The notes under the pieces were generated by a model. It had not been told where the DNA came from. It saw only the letters and a program-made list of their open reading frames with translations, and searched no databases. The translations under genes and the position numbers were made by a program. Below are positions 45,854 to 55,557 of a DNA stretch of 64,000 nt, one piece after another. Source of the DNA: Candidatus Saccharimonadales bacterium (GTDB taxonomy: Bacteria > Patescibacteriota > Saccharimonadia > Saccharimonadales > UBA4665); assembly GCA_035547815.1 (NCBI GenBank), contig DASZUB010000034.1:829-64828 (forward strand), read 5' to 3'. The number at the start of each line of letters is the position of its first letter. The first letter of the stretch is position 1.

Positions 45854-46198
45854 ATGACTACGTTTGATGTCGGCCGCAAGGCCGAGAGGGCCGCCGCCAC
45901 GTATCTGGAAATGCGGGGTTACCGTATCCTGGAGCGCAATTGGCGCCGGCCGCGCTGCGAAATCGATATAATCGCCGAAAAAGACAGCACGATTTACTTC
46001 GTGGAGGTCAAATACCGGCGCGATGATGCCCAAGGTGGCGGACTGGAAGCCGTCACTCCCACCAAATTGCGGCAGATGCGTTACGCCGCGACGTCGTGGC
46101 TGGCGGAGACCAAATGGCGTGGCCCGTCTCAGCTAGCGGCCATAGAGTTAAGCGGCCCGAATTACACAGTGCTCAGCTTTATCGATGATGTTTTTTGA
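45854..46198 (+). CDS. yraN: YraN-family (UPF0102) endonuclease
   Basis: GRKAERAAATYLEMRGYRILERNWR and EIDIIA..FVEVKYR motifs. Confidence 0.85.
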   Translation: MTTFDVGRKAERAAATYLEMRGYRILERNWRRPRCEIDIIAEKDSTIYFVEVKYRRDDAQGGGLEAVTPTKLRQMRYAATSWLAETKWRGPSQLAAIELSGPNYTVLSFIDDVF

Positions 46199-48770
46199 GC
46201 CAGTCTTTGACGGCCGTCTCATTGCGTTCGCGCCAGGCGATCCGGCTCATAATCTCGGCTTCGGCCAGGTTTATGTCATGGCCCATGGAGACGATTGATT
46301 TTTTAGGGTCGAAGAATTTCTTGAACTCTTTAAGCTCCTCCAGGCGGCTGAAGATGCTACCAGGATAGCGGGCGAAATAGCTCAGGTTCTTGTCGCTGGA
46401 AAAATTGTCGATAACCCAGTCCCACTCACTGGTCAGCCACTGCCACATCGGTTGCCTGGTATAGCGGTTGCGCAGCAACCAGACGTACCAATGGAAGAAG
46501 TCCTGTCGCCGGATGGCATCCGTCTTGAGCATCTTGATTATTGCCTCATAGCGCTCGGGGGTCTTGGCATTGGTCAGCCCGGCGGCGATCTCTTCGCGCT
46601 CGTCAGCGTTCTGCGTGCCGTTATACATCTTGAGTAGTTTTTTGAAGTCCGCTGAGCTGCCGTGGCGGGCGGCTACCGAATAGACTACGGTCCTGGTGCT
46701 GGCAGACAGGTCGGACGGCTTCTGGCATTTGCTAAACAGCGCGAGCCCTTCATCGATGGCCGGCTTCATCTTGGCGCTGACCGCTATACCGTGGGCCATG
46801 CCGCGCATCCGTAAGGTTTGCGCGCTATCTGATGGCTTATCCTGCCAGCCCAGTTGCTTGACGAGCGGCTCCACCAGGTCGGCCACAATGGAGTTCAAAG
46901 CCGTCTCGGCGGCTTCCTCACCCTCTATCAGCCGGCGCGCTTCACCTATGGCTATGGACATGGAGCCCCAGACACTCTCGCTGGTCTCATTCTTATAACC
47001 TTCAAGAAGTTCCAGTAAATCGACTGTGTCGGCCTGGCCGCCGCGCTGCAAAAGCACGGTGTTATCCAGCAGCAACAACCTATCGATATCGCTGATCTGG
47101 CCGTCTTGCAGGCCATCGACAATGTTCTGAAGGTGGCCGGCGTTGACATAATGCGGCAAAAAATAACTCTGTCCGTCATGGTTGAACAGCAGTGGTCCGG
47201 TATCGTCAGTTTTTAGCGTGATCTGGGCTTTTTTCTTGGCCAGCAGGGCTGTGTCCAGCGGTAGGGTGGGTGCCAGCGGGACTTGCCAGGGCTTGTCATC
47301 GGCCGGATTCGGCTTAGCGGCCGGATCGCTTAGGAAACGCCGTTGGCTGAGGCTGATTTTTTTGCTACCGGGCTGCCAATCTATCTCGACCAGCGGATAA
47401 CCCGGACGGCGCAGCCAGCCGTCCATGAAAGCGTTGATATCCTGGCCACTGGACTGGCTGAAAGCCTCCCACAGGTCGCCTGCTTCGGTGTTCTCGTAGG
47501 AGTGTTTGTCAAAATAAATTTTCAGGCCGCGCCTGAAAGCGTCCTTGCCGATATGGTCCATCAGCATACGCAGGATATTGCCGCCTTTGGCGTAAACGAT
47601 TGACGGATCGAATATGACGTTGATTTCTTCCGGATCGTTGACGTCGCATTTTATAGCCTGGACGTCGGCCAGGCTGTCGCGGCGCTTGGCGCTGGCTGAT
47701 TCATAACTGACAAACTCTTCCCATATCTGCCACTCCGGATAAATAGCATCGACCGCTACGTATTCCATCAGATTGGCGAAACTCTCGTTCAGCCACAGGT
47801 CGTCCCACCATTTCATGGTCACCAGGTTGCCGAACCACTGGTGGCTGGCTTCATGCGCCACGACCAGTGCCACCCGTTGCTTGCTTTCGATACTGCTGTT
47901 CTTGGGGTCGGCCAGCATGGCCGTCTCGCGGAAGGTCATCAGCCCCCAGTTCTCCATGGCGCCAACGTTGAAGTCGGGCAAGGCCACCATGTCGAGCTTG
48001 GGCAAAGGATAAGGTACGCCGAAATAATCATTGAAGAAATCAATAACTTTCACGGCCGCGTCCAGTCCAAAGCCCGTATCGGCGACGTTGTCCGGTGTCG
48101 CATAGGCCCGTACGGTGGTGCCATGCCGGGTCTTAGCCTCTTTGTAACCCAGATCGCCGGTGACGAAGGCCAGCAAATAAACAGACATCCGCGGAGTCGT
48201 TTCGAAGCTGATGCGCTGGCGGCCATCAGATGTTTTTTGGGACTTCACCGGCGTGTTGCCAAGCGTCGTTTCGCCTTTCGGCGTTTCCACTGTCAGATCG
48301 AAAGTGGCCTTGGCGGCCGGCTCATCTATGCAGGGGAAGGCTTCGCGGGCATGGTGGCTTTCGAACTGCGTGGCAATAAGTTTCTTATCTTGACCGCCAT
48401 GTTTGAAATAACAGGGGTAAATGCCGTTCATCGGATCAGTTATCCTACCCTTGAACTCCATGGTCACGGTATAAGCGCCCGGATAAATAGTCTCCTCGGC
48501 ATGCAGCCGGACCTCACCCAGCGTATCTTGGTTATTGATCCGCTTGACCGGCAGCTCCCTATCACCCTTTTTATCGTGTTTGATAATTGTCGCAGCCGTG
48601 ACTTTCAGTTCATTCTGGTGGAATGTCAGGCGTTCGGCCGGCACGCCGGTTTTTTTGCCCTTCACGGTTACTTTGCCGCTGAAACTCATGGTTTCGCGGT
48701 CAATACTTATCGATAGGTCATAGTGTTCCGGCTGGAATTGCTCGGCCAGCCGACGGACTTTCTTTGGCAT
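46179..48770 (-). CDS. pepN: M1-family aminopeptidase N
   Basis: GAMENWG exopeptidase motif and HEASHQWFGN-x18-E zinc site (WLNESFA). Confidence 0.95.
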   Translation of the reverse strand: MPKKVRRLAEQFQPEHYDLSISIDRETMSFSGKVTVKGKKTGVPAERLTFHQNELKVTAATIIKHDKKGDRELPVKRINNQDTLGEVRLHAEETIYPGAYTVTMEFKGRITDPMNGIYPCYFKHGGQDKKLIATQFESHHAREAFPCIDEPAAKATFDLTVETPKGETTLGNTPVKSQKTSDGRQRISFETTPRMSVYLLAFVTGDLGYKEAKTRHGTTVRAYATPDNVADTGFGLDAAVKVIDFFNDYFGVPYPLPKLDMVALPDFNVGAMENWGLMTFRETAMLADPKNSSIESKQRVALVVAHEASHQWFGNLVTMKWWDDLWLNESFANLMEYVAVDAIYPEWQIWEEFVSYESASAKRRDSLADVQAIKCDVNDPEEINVIFDPSIVYAKGGNILRMLMDHIGKDAFRRGLKIYFDKHSYENTEAGDLWEAFSQSSGQDINAFMDGWLRRPGYPLVEIDWQPGSKKISLSQRRFLSDPAAKPNPADDKPWQVPLAPTLPLDTALLAKKKAQITLKTDDTGPLLFNHDGQSYFLPHYVNAGHLQNIVDGLQDGQISDIDRLLLLDNTVLLQRGGQADTVDLLELLEGYKNETSESVWGSMSIAIGEARRLIEGEEAAETALNSIVADLVEPLVKQLGWQDKPSDSAQTLRMRGMAHGIAVSAKMKPAIDEGLALFSKCQKPSDLSASTRTVVYSVAARHGSSADFKKLLKMYNGTQNADEREEIAAGLTNAKTPERYEAIIKMLKTDAIRRQDFFHWYVWLLRNRYTRQPMWQWLTSEWDWVIDNFSSDKNLSYFARYPGSIFSRLEELKEFKKFFDPKKSIVSMGHDINLAEAEIMSRIAWRERNETAVKDWLKKHHR

Positions 48771-48801
48771 ATTAAATTATTGTACTACATGGGGAGCCAC
48801 G

Positions 48802-48830
48802 TTGACTTTCAGTCCGCAGTAGCTTAAAAT
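48802..48830 (+). promoter_or_regulatory. promoter TTGACT-N17-TAAAAT upstream of nusA
   Basis: -35 at 48802-48807 and -10 at 48825-48830. Confidence 0.5.
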
Positions 48831-48841
48831 TACAAGCAAGT

Positions 48842-48865
48842 CCGGCCAGCGTGGTCGGTTTTTTT
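48842..48865 (+). terminator. intrinsic-terminator-like hairpin plus T7 run in the nusA leader (candidate attenuator)
   Basis: CCGGCCA (48842-48848) pairs with TGGTCGG (48852-48858) with one G-U pair, followed by TTTTTTT at 48859-48865. It lies 30 nt before the nusA ATG. Confidence 0.45.
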
Positions 48866-48895
48866 AATATCAGAACTAGAAGAAACGAGGAAAAC

Positions 48896-50113
48896 ATGGA
48901 TTTAGATATGAAACAGCTGGCGTTGGCCATAAGGTCGATAGCCGAGGAAAAGAATTTGCCGGAAGATTCCGTCAAGGAAGTCGTCGAGCAGGCCCTGGCC
49001 GCCGCCTACCGGCGCGATTACGGCGACCGCGAACAGGAAATCCGGGTTGAGATGAATCTGAACACCGGCGACATCGACGTTTACGTGACCAAAGAGATAG
49101 TCGACAAGGTCGAACATCCGGGTGAGCAGATCAGCGTGGCCGACGCTCAGGTCATGCGTAAGAACGCCAAGGCCGGCGAGACCATAGAGATTCATGAGAA
49201 AGCTGAAGAGTTCGGCCGCGTCGCTGCCCAGACCGCCAAGCAGGTGATTTTGCAGCGCTTGCGCGAGGCTGAGCGCGAAATCGTCATCAATGAGTATCAG
49301 GATAAGATCGGCACCGTCATCAACGCCACCGTTTCCCGCGTCGAGGGTAACATAGTCCGTATAGATCTGGGCAAGGCGCAGGGCATCATGCCGCGTAGCG
49401 AGCAGATCCAGGGCGAGCGTTATTACCCGGGTCAGCGCCTGAAAGTTTATCTGAAAGACGTGGAGCGCGGCTACCGCGGTCCGCAGCTGGTAGTCTCACG
49501 CGGCAATACCGAATTCATCGAGTGGCTGTTCCGCGGTGAAGTTCCTGAGATGGAGAGCGGCGCGGTTGAAATCAAGGGTATTGCCCGCGAGGCCGGCGTG
49601 CGCACCAAGATCGCCGTGGCTTCCAGCGTGCCTGGCGTCGATCCGGTCGGTACTTTCGTGGGCGGCCACGGCACCCGCGTCAACGCCGTCATGAGTGAAG
49701 TCGGCGAACAGGAAAAGATCGACATCATCGTTTGGAAAGAAGACCCCTCCGAATACATCATGGAGGCGCTCAGCCCGACCAAGGTCTCCAGGGTAGAACT
49801 CGACGAGAAGAATAAGAAGGCCAAGGTCATCGTGCCCGAAGACCAGCAAAGTATCGCTATCGGCAAGAGCGGCCAGAATGTCCGCCTGGCCAGCAAATTG
49901 ACCGGTTACGAACTGGATATAGAGGCCGAGCAGGGCGGCGACACCGCTAGCGAGAGCAAAGATAGCGACGAATCGGGCGAAGCCAAGACCACGGAACTCC
50001 CCAAGCAGCCCAGACTGAAGAAGAAGAGTGAATTGGAATCCTCGCTCTTAGAAGCTATCGAAGAGCATGGCGAAGCCGACGGTGCCTCCGAAGAAGTAGA
50101 AGAAGACAAGTAG
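48896..50113 (+). CDS. nusA: transcription termination/antitermination factor NusA
   Basis: N-terminal domain, S1 domain and KH domains (IAIGKSGQNVRLASKLTG), with an acidic C-terminal tail. GAGGA Shine-Dalgarno. Confidence 0.95.
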   Translation: MDLDMKQLALAIRSIAEEKNLPEDSVKEVVEQALAAAYRRDYGDREQEIRVEMNLNTGDIDVYVTKEIVDKVEHPGEQISVADAQVMRKNAKAGETIEIHEKAEEFGRVAAQTAKQVILQRLREAEREIVINEYQDKIGTVINATVSRVEGNIVRIDLGKAQGIMPRSEQIQGERYYPGQRLKVYLKDVERGYRGPQLVVSRGNTEFIEWLFRGEVPEMESGAVEIKGIAREAGVRTKIAVASSVPGVDPVGTFVGGHGTRVNAVMSEVGEQEKIDIIVWKEDPSEYIMEALSPTKVSRVELDEKNKKAKVIVPEDQQSIAIGKSGQNVRLASKLTGYELDIEAEQGGDTASESKDSDESGEAKTTELPKQPRLKKKSELESSLLEAIEEHGEADGASEEVEEDK

Positions 50114-50119
50114 CACTTT

Positions 50120-50776
50120 TTAGGCGTTGTACCAAAGGCGGAAGCGGCTGGACAGCAGGCTGAGCCCGACCACGACGATTCTAGCCGTTAATATCGCACC
50201 AACCAGGCTGATAATGAAAGGCGCTACATCAGCAGGGAAGCCATCGGCCAGGCCGATGGCCAGTTCCTGACTGGCTATGCCGAAACACAAGATGACACCT
50301 GTAAGGATAGCGGCTATGCCGACAAGCGTGATAATGGTCCTCAGGAAAAAGTCGTGCAAGGATTTAAAGTAGCGCCACGCGCCAGCGGTATGGTCGGCGC
50401 GTACTAGCTCTTCACCCCGTTCGATAGAACTATGGGTGCGAACGAAAATCTGCAGCAATCGGAATACCAGTATATATAGCAGGGCGCCGAACGCCGCCCA
50501 AAGGGCAAAAAGTAGGATCCTTTGGATAGCGGCGGACTGGGCGCCTGGCAGCCAGCGGTCGATTACGTCGCCCCACACTGATATAGGGTTAACCTCTACG
50601 CCCGACGAGGCGCTGAATACCTGCTCGTTCAGGGTGCTGAAATTAAAGATGAGCAAAGCGATGACGGCTACGATGGTTTCACCAAGCAGAGTATAGGCCG
50701 AGGGCAGGAAAAGGTGGCGGAGCGCAGATTCGTATTTGCGGGATTCGTTATAGGAGGTCGATGGTGATAATTGCAC
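50120..50776 (-). CDS. hypothetical integral membrane protein (218 aa)
   Basis: GTG start with at least four hydrophobic helices. No family recognised. Confidence 0.55.
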   Translation of the reverse strand: MQLSPSTSYNESRKYESALRHLFLPSAYTLLGETIVAVIALLIFNFSTLNEQVFSASSGVEVNPISVWGDVIDRWLPGAQSAAIQRILLFALWAAFGALLYILVFRLLQIFVRTHSSIERGEELVRADHTAGAWRYFKSLHDFFLRTIITLVGIAAILTGVILCFGIASQELAIGLADGFPADVAPFIISLVGAILTARIVVVGLSLLSSRFRLWYNA

Positions 50777-50833
50777 GGCTGTTTATTTTTATGGGGTATC
50801 TTACGGAAATTGTAGCACATTTCCACAGGCAAT

Positions 50834-50862
50834 TTGCTTAAAGCAGCCAAAACGCTTACACT
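50834..50862 (+). promoter_or_regulatory. promoter TTGCTT-N17-TACACT upstream of the cupredoxin-like gene
   Basis: -35 at 50834-50839 and -10 at 50857-50862. Confidence 0.4.
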
Positions 50863-50903
50863 ACCACTAAATCAAAGAGGGGCCACCGTAACGGCAGAGA
50901 ATC

Positions 50904-51320
50904 ATGACAGAGACCCAGGGCCAGACCAGACCTTCTTCATCCATGACTCGGCGCGTGGCTATCATCTCAGGCGGTTTAGCCGTACTTGTCATAGCCATAG
51001 TAGGCGTGACCCTGCTGGCCGGAAATAACGGATCTTCTGGACCCAAGATAGCTGCCGTGAAAATCACAGACCAAGGTTTCCAGCCCGCGACACTCACTGT
51101 CAAATCCGGCACCACTATAACTTGGACGAACGGCGGCGTGGTCATGCACCAAGTAGCCTCTAATCCTTTTCCTAAGGACGACGGTTTGCCGGGCCTTAAA
51201 TCAGAAATTCTTAATAATACGCAGACATATTCCTTCGTAGCCAACAAGACGGGCACATATGGTTATCACGATCAGCTCAATCCGACTATGAACGGGACCA
51301 TCGTGGTAGAAAAGAAATAG
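50904..51320 (+). CDS. membrane-anchored cupredoxin-like domain protein lacking any cysteine
   Basis: N-terminal TM. It has the KITDQGFQPATLTVKSGTTITWTN and GTYGYHDQLNPTMNGTIVV pattern of cupredoxin/EfeO-Cup folds. The whole ORF contains no Cys. Confidence 0.6.
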   Translation: MTETQGQTRPSSSMTRRVAIISGGLAVLVIAIVGVTLLAGNNGSSGPKIAAVKITDQGFQPATLTVKSGTTITWTNGGVVMHQVASNPFPKDDGLPGLKSEILNNTQTYSFVANKTGTYGYHDQLNPTMNGTIVVEKK

Positions 51321-51323
51321 AGT

Positions 51324-54300
51324 ATGGAAGGCGACAATATGACCATAGGCCAGGAGCCCGAAAAATTTGAGCAGAAGCGTCGTATTCCAAAGTTGCCGAT
51401 GATTGTCGTGGCGTTGTTCGTCGGCCTGGTAGGCGGTTTTGTGCTTATCAGTTCTTTCGCGGCCACGACGGACTCTAGCTGTGACCAAACCGTATCAAGT
51501 GCTTCGGCCGCCCAGAGCGCGGTCAGCGCAGCCACACCCGGCCAAGCCGTATGTCTGAGCGACGGCACTTATGGCAACTTGACCTTGAACACCAACAAGG
51601 CGAATCCCGGCGTAACCCTGCAAGCCCAAAACCCTGGCAAAGCCACCATCGGTGCCGTTTCCATTAGCGGTGCAGGAATAACGGTTTCAAATTTTAACAC
51701 CACTGGCGAAATAACCGTTCAGCCTGGCAGCAGCAATATAACTATTTTGCATAACAAGATCACCGGTGGTTATTTCGGGGTGGATGCCTGCAATTCGACC
51801 ACCACTACTTGTAACGACGTCAAAATAATCGGCAATAAGTTCCAAGGCCCATACGGCGAAGACGCCATCAGGGCCAATCGCTATCACGACGTCGATGGCG
51901 ACGGTTTCGGCCTGACGGTTTCGCAGAATGAGTTCACCGGCATCATCGAAAACGGCGAACATTCCGACTGCTTGCAAACGGTTTGGGTCGGCGACGGCAT
52001 CGATTTTGACCACAACTATGAGCACGACAACCACTGCCAAGGCTTCTTCATAAAGGACCAGAATTCTTTGTGCGGCCCAGGAGTCACGGGAGTTTGCGGC
52101 ACGGTTACTAACGTCAAGGTATACGACAATATCTTTACCCGCAACAGCGAACCCTGCGCGGCTACGGCTCCGGATTGCGGTCCCGATACCACTATTCAAT
52201 TATTTGGTCCGGAAGATAAGGTAAGCATTGACCGCAACACCATGTGGGGCGGAGATCTTACTTTCACATTGCGCGACCCAGGCTGGTCAAACGTCAGCGT
52301 TACGAACAACGTCCTGAGCCGTGCGTGGACCGATACCACGGCGCCCTTCAACAGCACATACACATCGACGAACAATCTCTTTTGCAACACCAACTACGCC
52401 GGTTCTTATCCTAGCACTGGCTTCACATCGAACTGTAACCCGCCGTTCCCAGGACCTACTGCGGCCGGAGGGGATAACTTTATGCTTGGCGGCAGCCAGG
52501 GTGTCGACTGGAAGCCCAGCCAATACACGTATGGACCGGTTGCTAGCACATCCAGCGCCGGCGACACGACAGCCCCAACGGTATCCGTAACCGCGCCGAG
52601 CAGCGGCAGCACCGTTTCTGGCTCTGTAAACGTCACCGCCAATGCCTCGGATGACACCGGCGTGGCCGGAGTCCAATTCAAACTCGACGGCAATAACCTG
52701 GGCAGCGAAGATACCTCAAGCCCGTATAGCGCGACCTGGAACACCGCGACCGCCTCCAATGGCACGCATACGCTGACCGCCGTGGCACGGGACGCTGCCG
52801 GTAATACCAAGACGTCGGCGAGTGTGACAGTGACCGTCAATAACACTAGCGCTGGCGGTGGCAACAACCTGGCTTGTACTTCAATCTTGAGCGTCGGTGC
52901 TAATATCCAAAACGCCCTTTCCAGCGCTAGTCCCGGCTCGGTAATCTGCTTAAGCGCGGGCACTTGGTCGGCACAGACATTCTCAGGCATAGCTCCATCC
53001 GGCACGGTTACCTTGCAGCCGGTGCCTGGAGCCACTGTCCATGTCAAAGGTATAACCATAAATGGGCCAGGCAACACTAAGAACCTCACCGTGCAGGGGC
53101 TGTATATAGATGGCGGCGTCCAAGGCTTGTGCGGCATAGACGGCAATGTGGTCTTCCAGTACAACACCATCCAGCATATTAATGCAGGTAACGCGTTCTA
53201 CTTCTATGCCAACGGTTGTGGGGGCAGCCACGTACAAACAGGGGTCTCTATGCTCCACAACCAGATGGATCATGTCGGCGAGTGCTTGACGGTAGCCGGT
53301 GGCGCGAGTATCGAAAAGAATTTCACATTCAAGAATAACGTCTGCGGTCCGGATATTGGTGCCGGCGTCACGAAAGGAAACCAGTATTCCCACTATATAG
53401 AAATAGGCTGCATGGCCGGCGGCACCTTTGATAATAACGCTTTCATCGGGCCATATGATGCCACTGCCTTATCTAACAGCGATACGGCCACGGCTGTCCA
53501 CAATAATGTCTTCCACTGCTTCGGAGACGGGTCTAACATCAGTTTCTCTAACAACATCCTGTGGCACACGCAATCCAGGGCCCAGACCGTACTTATCCAG
53601 TCGGGCAAGATGGATAACATAACCATCCACAATAATTTGTTCGTGAATGATCCTGCCTGCCGTATCGATTCTAACAACTGCCCGGCCCAGGACATCGAAG
53701 TCTATGCTACCCATGGTTTGAACGTCACCAATAACACAGTGGTCGCTACCGCTTGGGGCCTGCACTTCCCATCCGTTTGTAATGACGGCTGTTACGCCAG
53801 CGGCACGGACAACACGCTTAGCAATAACATCGTGGAAGCCGGTGCCGTGGATGGCAACGCCGATTACTCGGAATGGGGCTGTGCCAGCAGCTGTACGACC
53901 AGCCAGAATGTTTCGTACGATGGCAGTGCGGTCGGCAGCTCGTCCGTCAAGAACTGGACGCCGAGCTATACGTCCACCACTTGGACCCCGCACGACGGCG
54001 AGCCATATGCCGCGCCGCCATCCGGCTACTACGTGGCCAAGGGCCTGCCTTTCTTAGCGGGCTGGAACGGCAATGGCGGTCCTGAGGGCGGTGTAGGCGC
54101 TTCAGCAACAGGCTCCTCCGGCGGAGGAAGTTCCAGCGCCGATACCACTAACCCGACCGTCTCTATCGCCTCGCCAAGCAATGGTAGCACCGTATCGGGT
54201 ATTGTCACGGCCACTGCCAGCGCATCCGATAACGTCGGCGTTACCAAGGTGGAAATATCGGTAGACGGCTCGCTGAAGATAGCCGACACCAGCGCACCCT

Positions 54301-55514
54301 ACAACTACTCCTTTGACTCAAAGACGATATCCAATGGCTCTCACACCATATCGGCCAAGGCCTATGACGCCGCCGGTAATAGCAGTTCTTCCAGCGTGAC
54401 AGTTACGGTAAACAACCCTGATACCACGCCGCCAAGCGCCCCGACGAACGTCAACGCCACGGCTGCCAGCGCCACTACGGTAAGCCTGGGCTGGAGCGCC
54501 TCTACCGACAGCGGCCCGAATGCTACCGGTGTAGCGAAGTACAATGTCCTCAGGAACGGCGTAGTCCTCGCCCAGGTAACCGGTACCAGCTATACCGACT
54601 CCACGGCTGTGGCCAGCACCCCATATTCCTATGTGGTCCAAGCCGTAGATGGCGCAGGCAATGTATCGAGCAATTCCACCGCGGCTGCGGTCACCACGCC
54701 GTCCGCCCCTGACACTACGCCGCCAACTACACCGACGGGGTTGAAGGCTTCCGCGACATCAGCCACACAGGTCAACCTGTCATGGAACGCCTCTACCGAC
54801 ACCGGCGGATCAGGCCTGGCCGGCTACAACGTCTACCGCGATGGCACGCAACTCAATACCGCACCCATCACAGGAATCAGCTATAAGGATGCCAAGGCCA
54901 GCCCGAACACCACTTACCAATATGCCGTCCAAGCCGTTGACAAAGCGGGGAACACCAGCGATAAGAGTTCCACGGCCGATGTTAGCACTCCGGCTGCTCC
55001 GACTTCTGGCGGCGGTTCGTCAAACGGCGGTAGTGGCGGCCATCATGGCCACAAAGTACCAGTAGTTAGGATTACGATATATGATAACCACCACCATTTG
55101 GCACGCGGAGCCATAGTGATACTGCAGGGGCAGACCAGGCGCACCAACAGCCAGGGCATAGTCCAATTTAATAACGTGCCGGCCGGCAAACAGAACATCA
55201 CCGTTGATTACGGCCGCCATACCGTAACTAAGAAAGTCAATGTCACACCTGCGAAGCATGGCAATACCCAGCACCTCAAAGTTTCACTGGCGAGCGCTAC
55301 GACCAATCCGGCGCTACTGTTGGTACCGGTCGTCATACTCATAGGTGCCGCACTGGTAATCTTCCGGCCGTGGGGCAATAAGCTGGCTTCAGCCATAGAC
55401 GAGCCGCTGAAGATAGTAACTTCCGACCAGCAACCGGGCGGCGACAATAAGTCTCCGCAGACCCCAGGTGCTGTATACACGCCGCAACCAACGGACAAAG
55501 ATAAGAAACTATAA
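51324..55514 (+). CDS. 1396-aa cell-surface protein: N-terminal TM, 2 x (right-handed beta-helix plus Ig-like domain), 2 x FN3, CarboxypepD_reg-like domain, C-terminal TM anchor
   Basis: N-x-x-I/V-rich beta-helix repeats. The module N-termini are duplicated (PGQAVCLSDGTYG and PGSVICLSAGTW). Ig-like and FN3 repeats are listed separately. C-terminal hydrophobic helix NPALLLVPVVILIGAALVIF. Confidence 0.8.
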   Translation: MEGDNMTIGQEPEKFEQKRRIPKLPMIVVALFVGLVGGFVLISSFAATTDSSCDQTVSSASAAQSAVSAATPGQAVCLSDGTYGNLTLNTNKANPGVTLQAQNPGKATIGAVSISGAGITVSNFNTTGEITVQPGSSNITILHNKITGGYFGVDACNSTTTTCNDVKIIGNKFQGPYGEDAIRANRYHDVDGDGFGLTVSQNEFTGIIENGEHSDCLQTVWVGDGIDFDHNYEHDNHCQGFFIKDQNSLCGPGVTGVCGTVTNVKVYDNIFTRNSEPCAATAPDCGPDTTIQLFGPEDKVSIDRNTMWGGDLTFTLRDPGWSNVSVTNNVLSRAWTDTTAPFNSTYTSTNNLFCNTNYAGSYPSTGFTSNCNPPFPGPTAAGGDNFMLGGSQGVDWKPSQYTYGPVASTSSAGDTTAPTVSVTAPSSGSTVSGSVNVTANASDDTGVAGVQFKLDGNNLGSEDTSSPYSATWNTATASNGTHTLTAVARDAAGNTKTSASVTVTVNNTSAGGGNNLACTSILSVGANIQNALSSASPGSVICLSAGTWSAQTFSGIAPSGTVTLQPVPGATVHVKGITINGPGNTKNLTVQGLYIDGGVQGLCGIDGNVVFQYNTIQHINAGNAFYFYANGCGGSHVQTGVSMLHNQMDHVGECLTVAGGASIEKNFTFKNNVCGPDIGAGVTKGNQYSHYIEIGCMAGGTFDNNAFIGPYDATALSNSDTATAVHNNVFHCFGDGSNISFSNNILWHTQSRAQTVLIQSGKMDNITIHNNLFVNDPACRIDSNNCPAQDIEVYATHGLNVTNNTVVATAWGLHFPSVCNDGCYASGTDNTLSNNIVEAGAVDGNADYSEWGCASSCTTSQNVSYDGSAVGSSSVKNWTPSYTSTTWTPHDGEPYAAPPSGYYVAKGLPFLAGWNGNGGPEGGVGASATGSSGGGSSSADTTNPTVSIASPSNGSTVSGIVTATASASDNVGVTKVEISVDGSLKIADTSAPYNYSFDSKTISNGSHTISAKAYDAAGNSSSSSVTVTVNNPDTTPPSAPTNVNATAASATTVSLGWSASTDSGPNATGVAKYNVLRNGVVLAQVTGTSYTDSTAVASTPYSYVVQAVDGAGNVSSNSTAAAVTTPSAPDTTPPTTPTGLKASATSATQVNLSWNASTDTGGSGLAGYNVYRDGTQLNTAPITGISYKDAKASPNTTYQYAVQAVDKAGNTSDKSSTADVSTPAAPTSGGGSSNGGSGGHHGHKVPVVRITIYDNHHHLARGAIVILQGQTRRTNSQGIVQFNNVPAGKQNITVDYGRHTVTKKVNVTPAKHGNTQHLKVSLASATTNPALLLVPVVILIGAALVIFRPWGNKLASAIDEPLKIVTSDQQPGGDNKSPQTPGAVYTPQPTDKDKKL
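52560..52844 (+). repeat. Ig-like domain repeat 1 within the surface protein
   Basis: The segment from GDTTAPTVSVTAPSSGSTVSGSVNV to SASVTVTVNN is paralogous to 54138-54416. Confidence 0.7.
54138..54416 (+). repeat. Ig-like domain repeat 2 within the surface protein
   Basis: The segment from ADTTNPTVSIASPSNGSTVSGIVTA to SSSVTVTVNN is paralogous to 52560-52844. Confidence 0.7.
54417..54989 (+). repeat. tandem fibronectin type III domains (54417-54707 and 54708-54989)
   Basis: The two copies start PDTTPPSAPTNVNATAASATTVSLGWSAS and PDTTPPTTPTGLKASATSATQVNLSWNAS. Each contains Y-x-V-x-A-V-D-x-A-G-N. Confidence 0.75.
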
Positions 55515-55530
55515 GAGGTAAAAACGTAGG

Positions 55531-55557
55531 TTAGCACTCTTGACCTTAGAGTGCTAA
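55531..55557. promoter_or_regulatory. CIRCE element (HrcA operator) TTAGCACTC-N9-GAGTGCTAA
   Basis: Both 9-bp arms match the published CIRCE consensus perfectly. The N9 spacer contains the clpC -35 hexamer. Confidence 0.8.

Noticed and set aside
54981-54989. A second TTAGCACTC half-site inside the surface-protein gene.
   Set aside because: It is only one CIRCE arm with no inverted partner 9 nt away. It lies in a coding region (DVSTP), so it is a chance occurrence.
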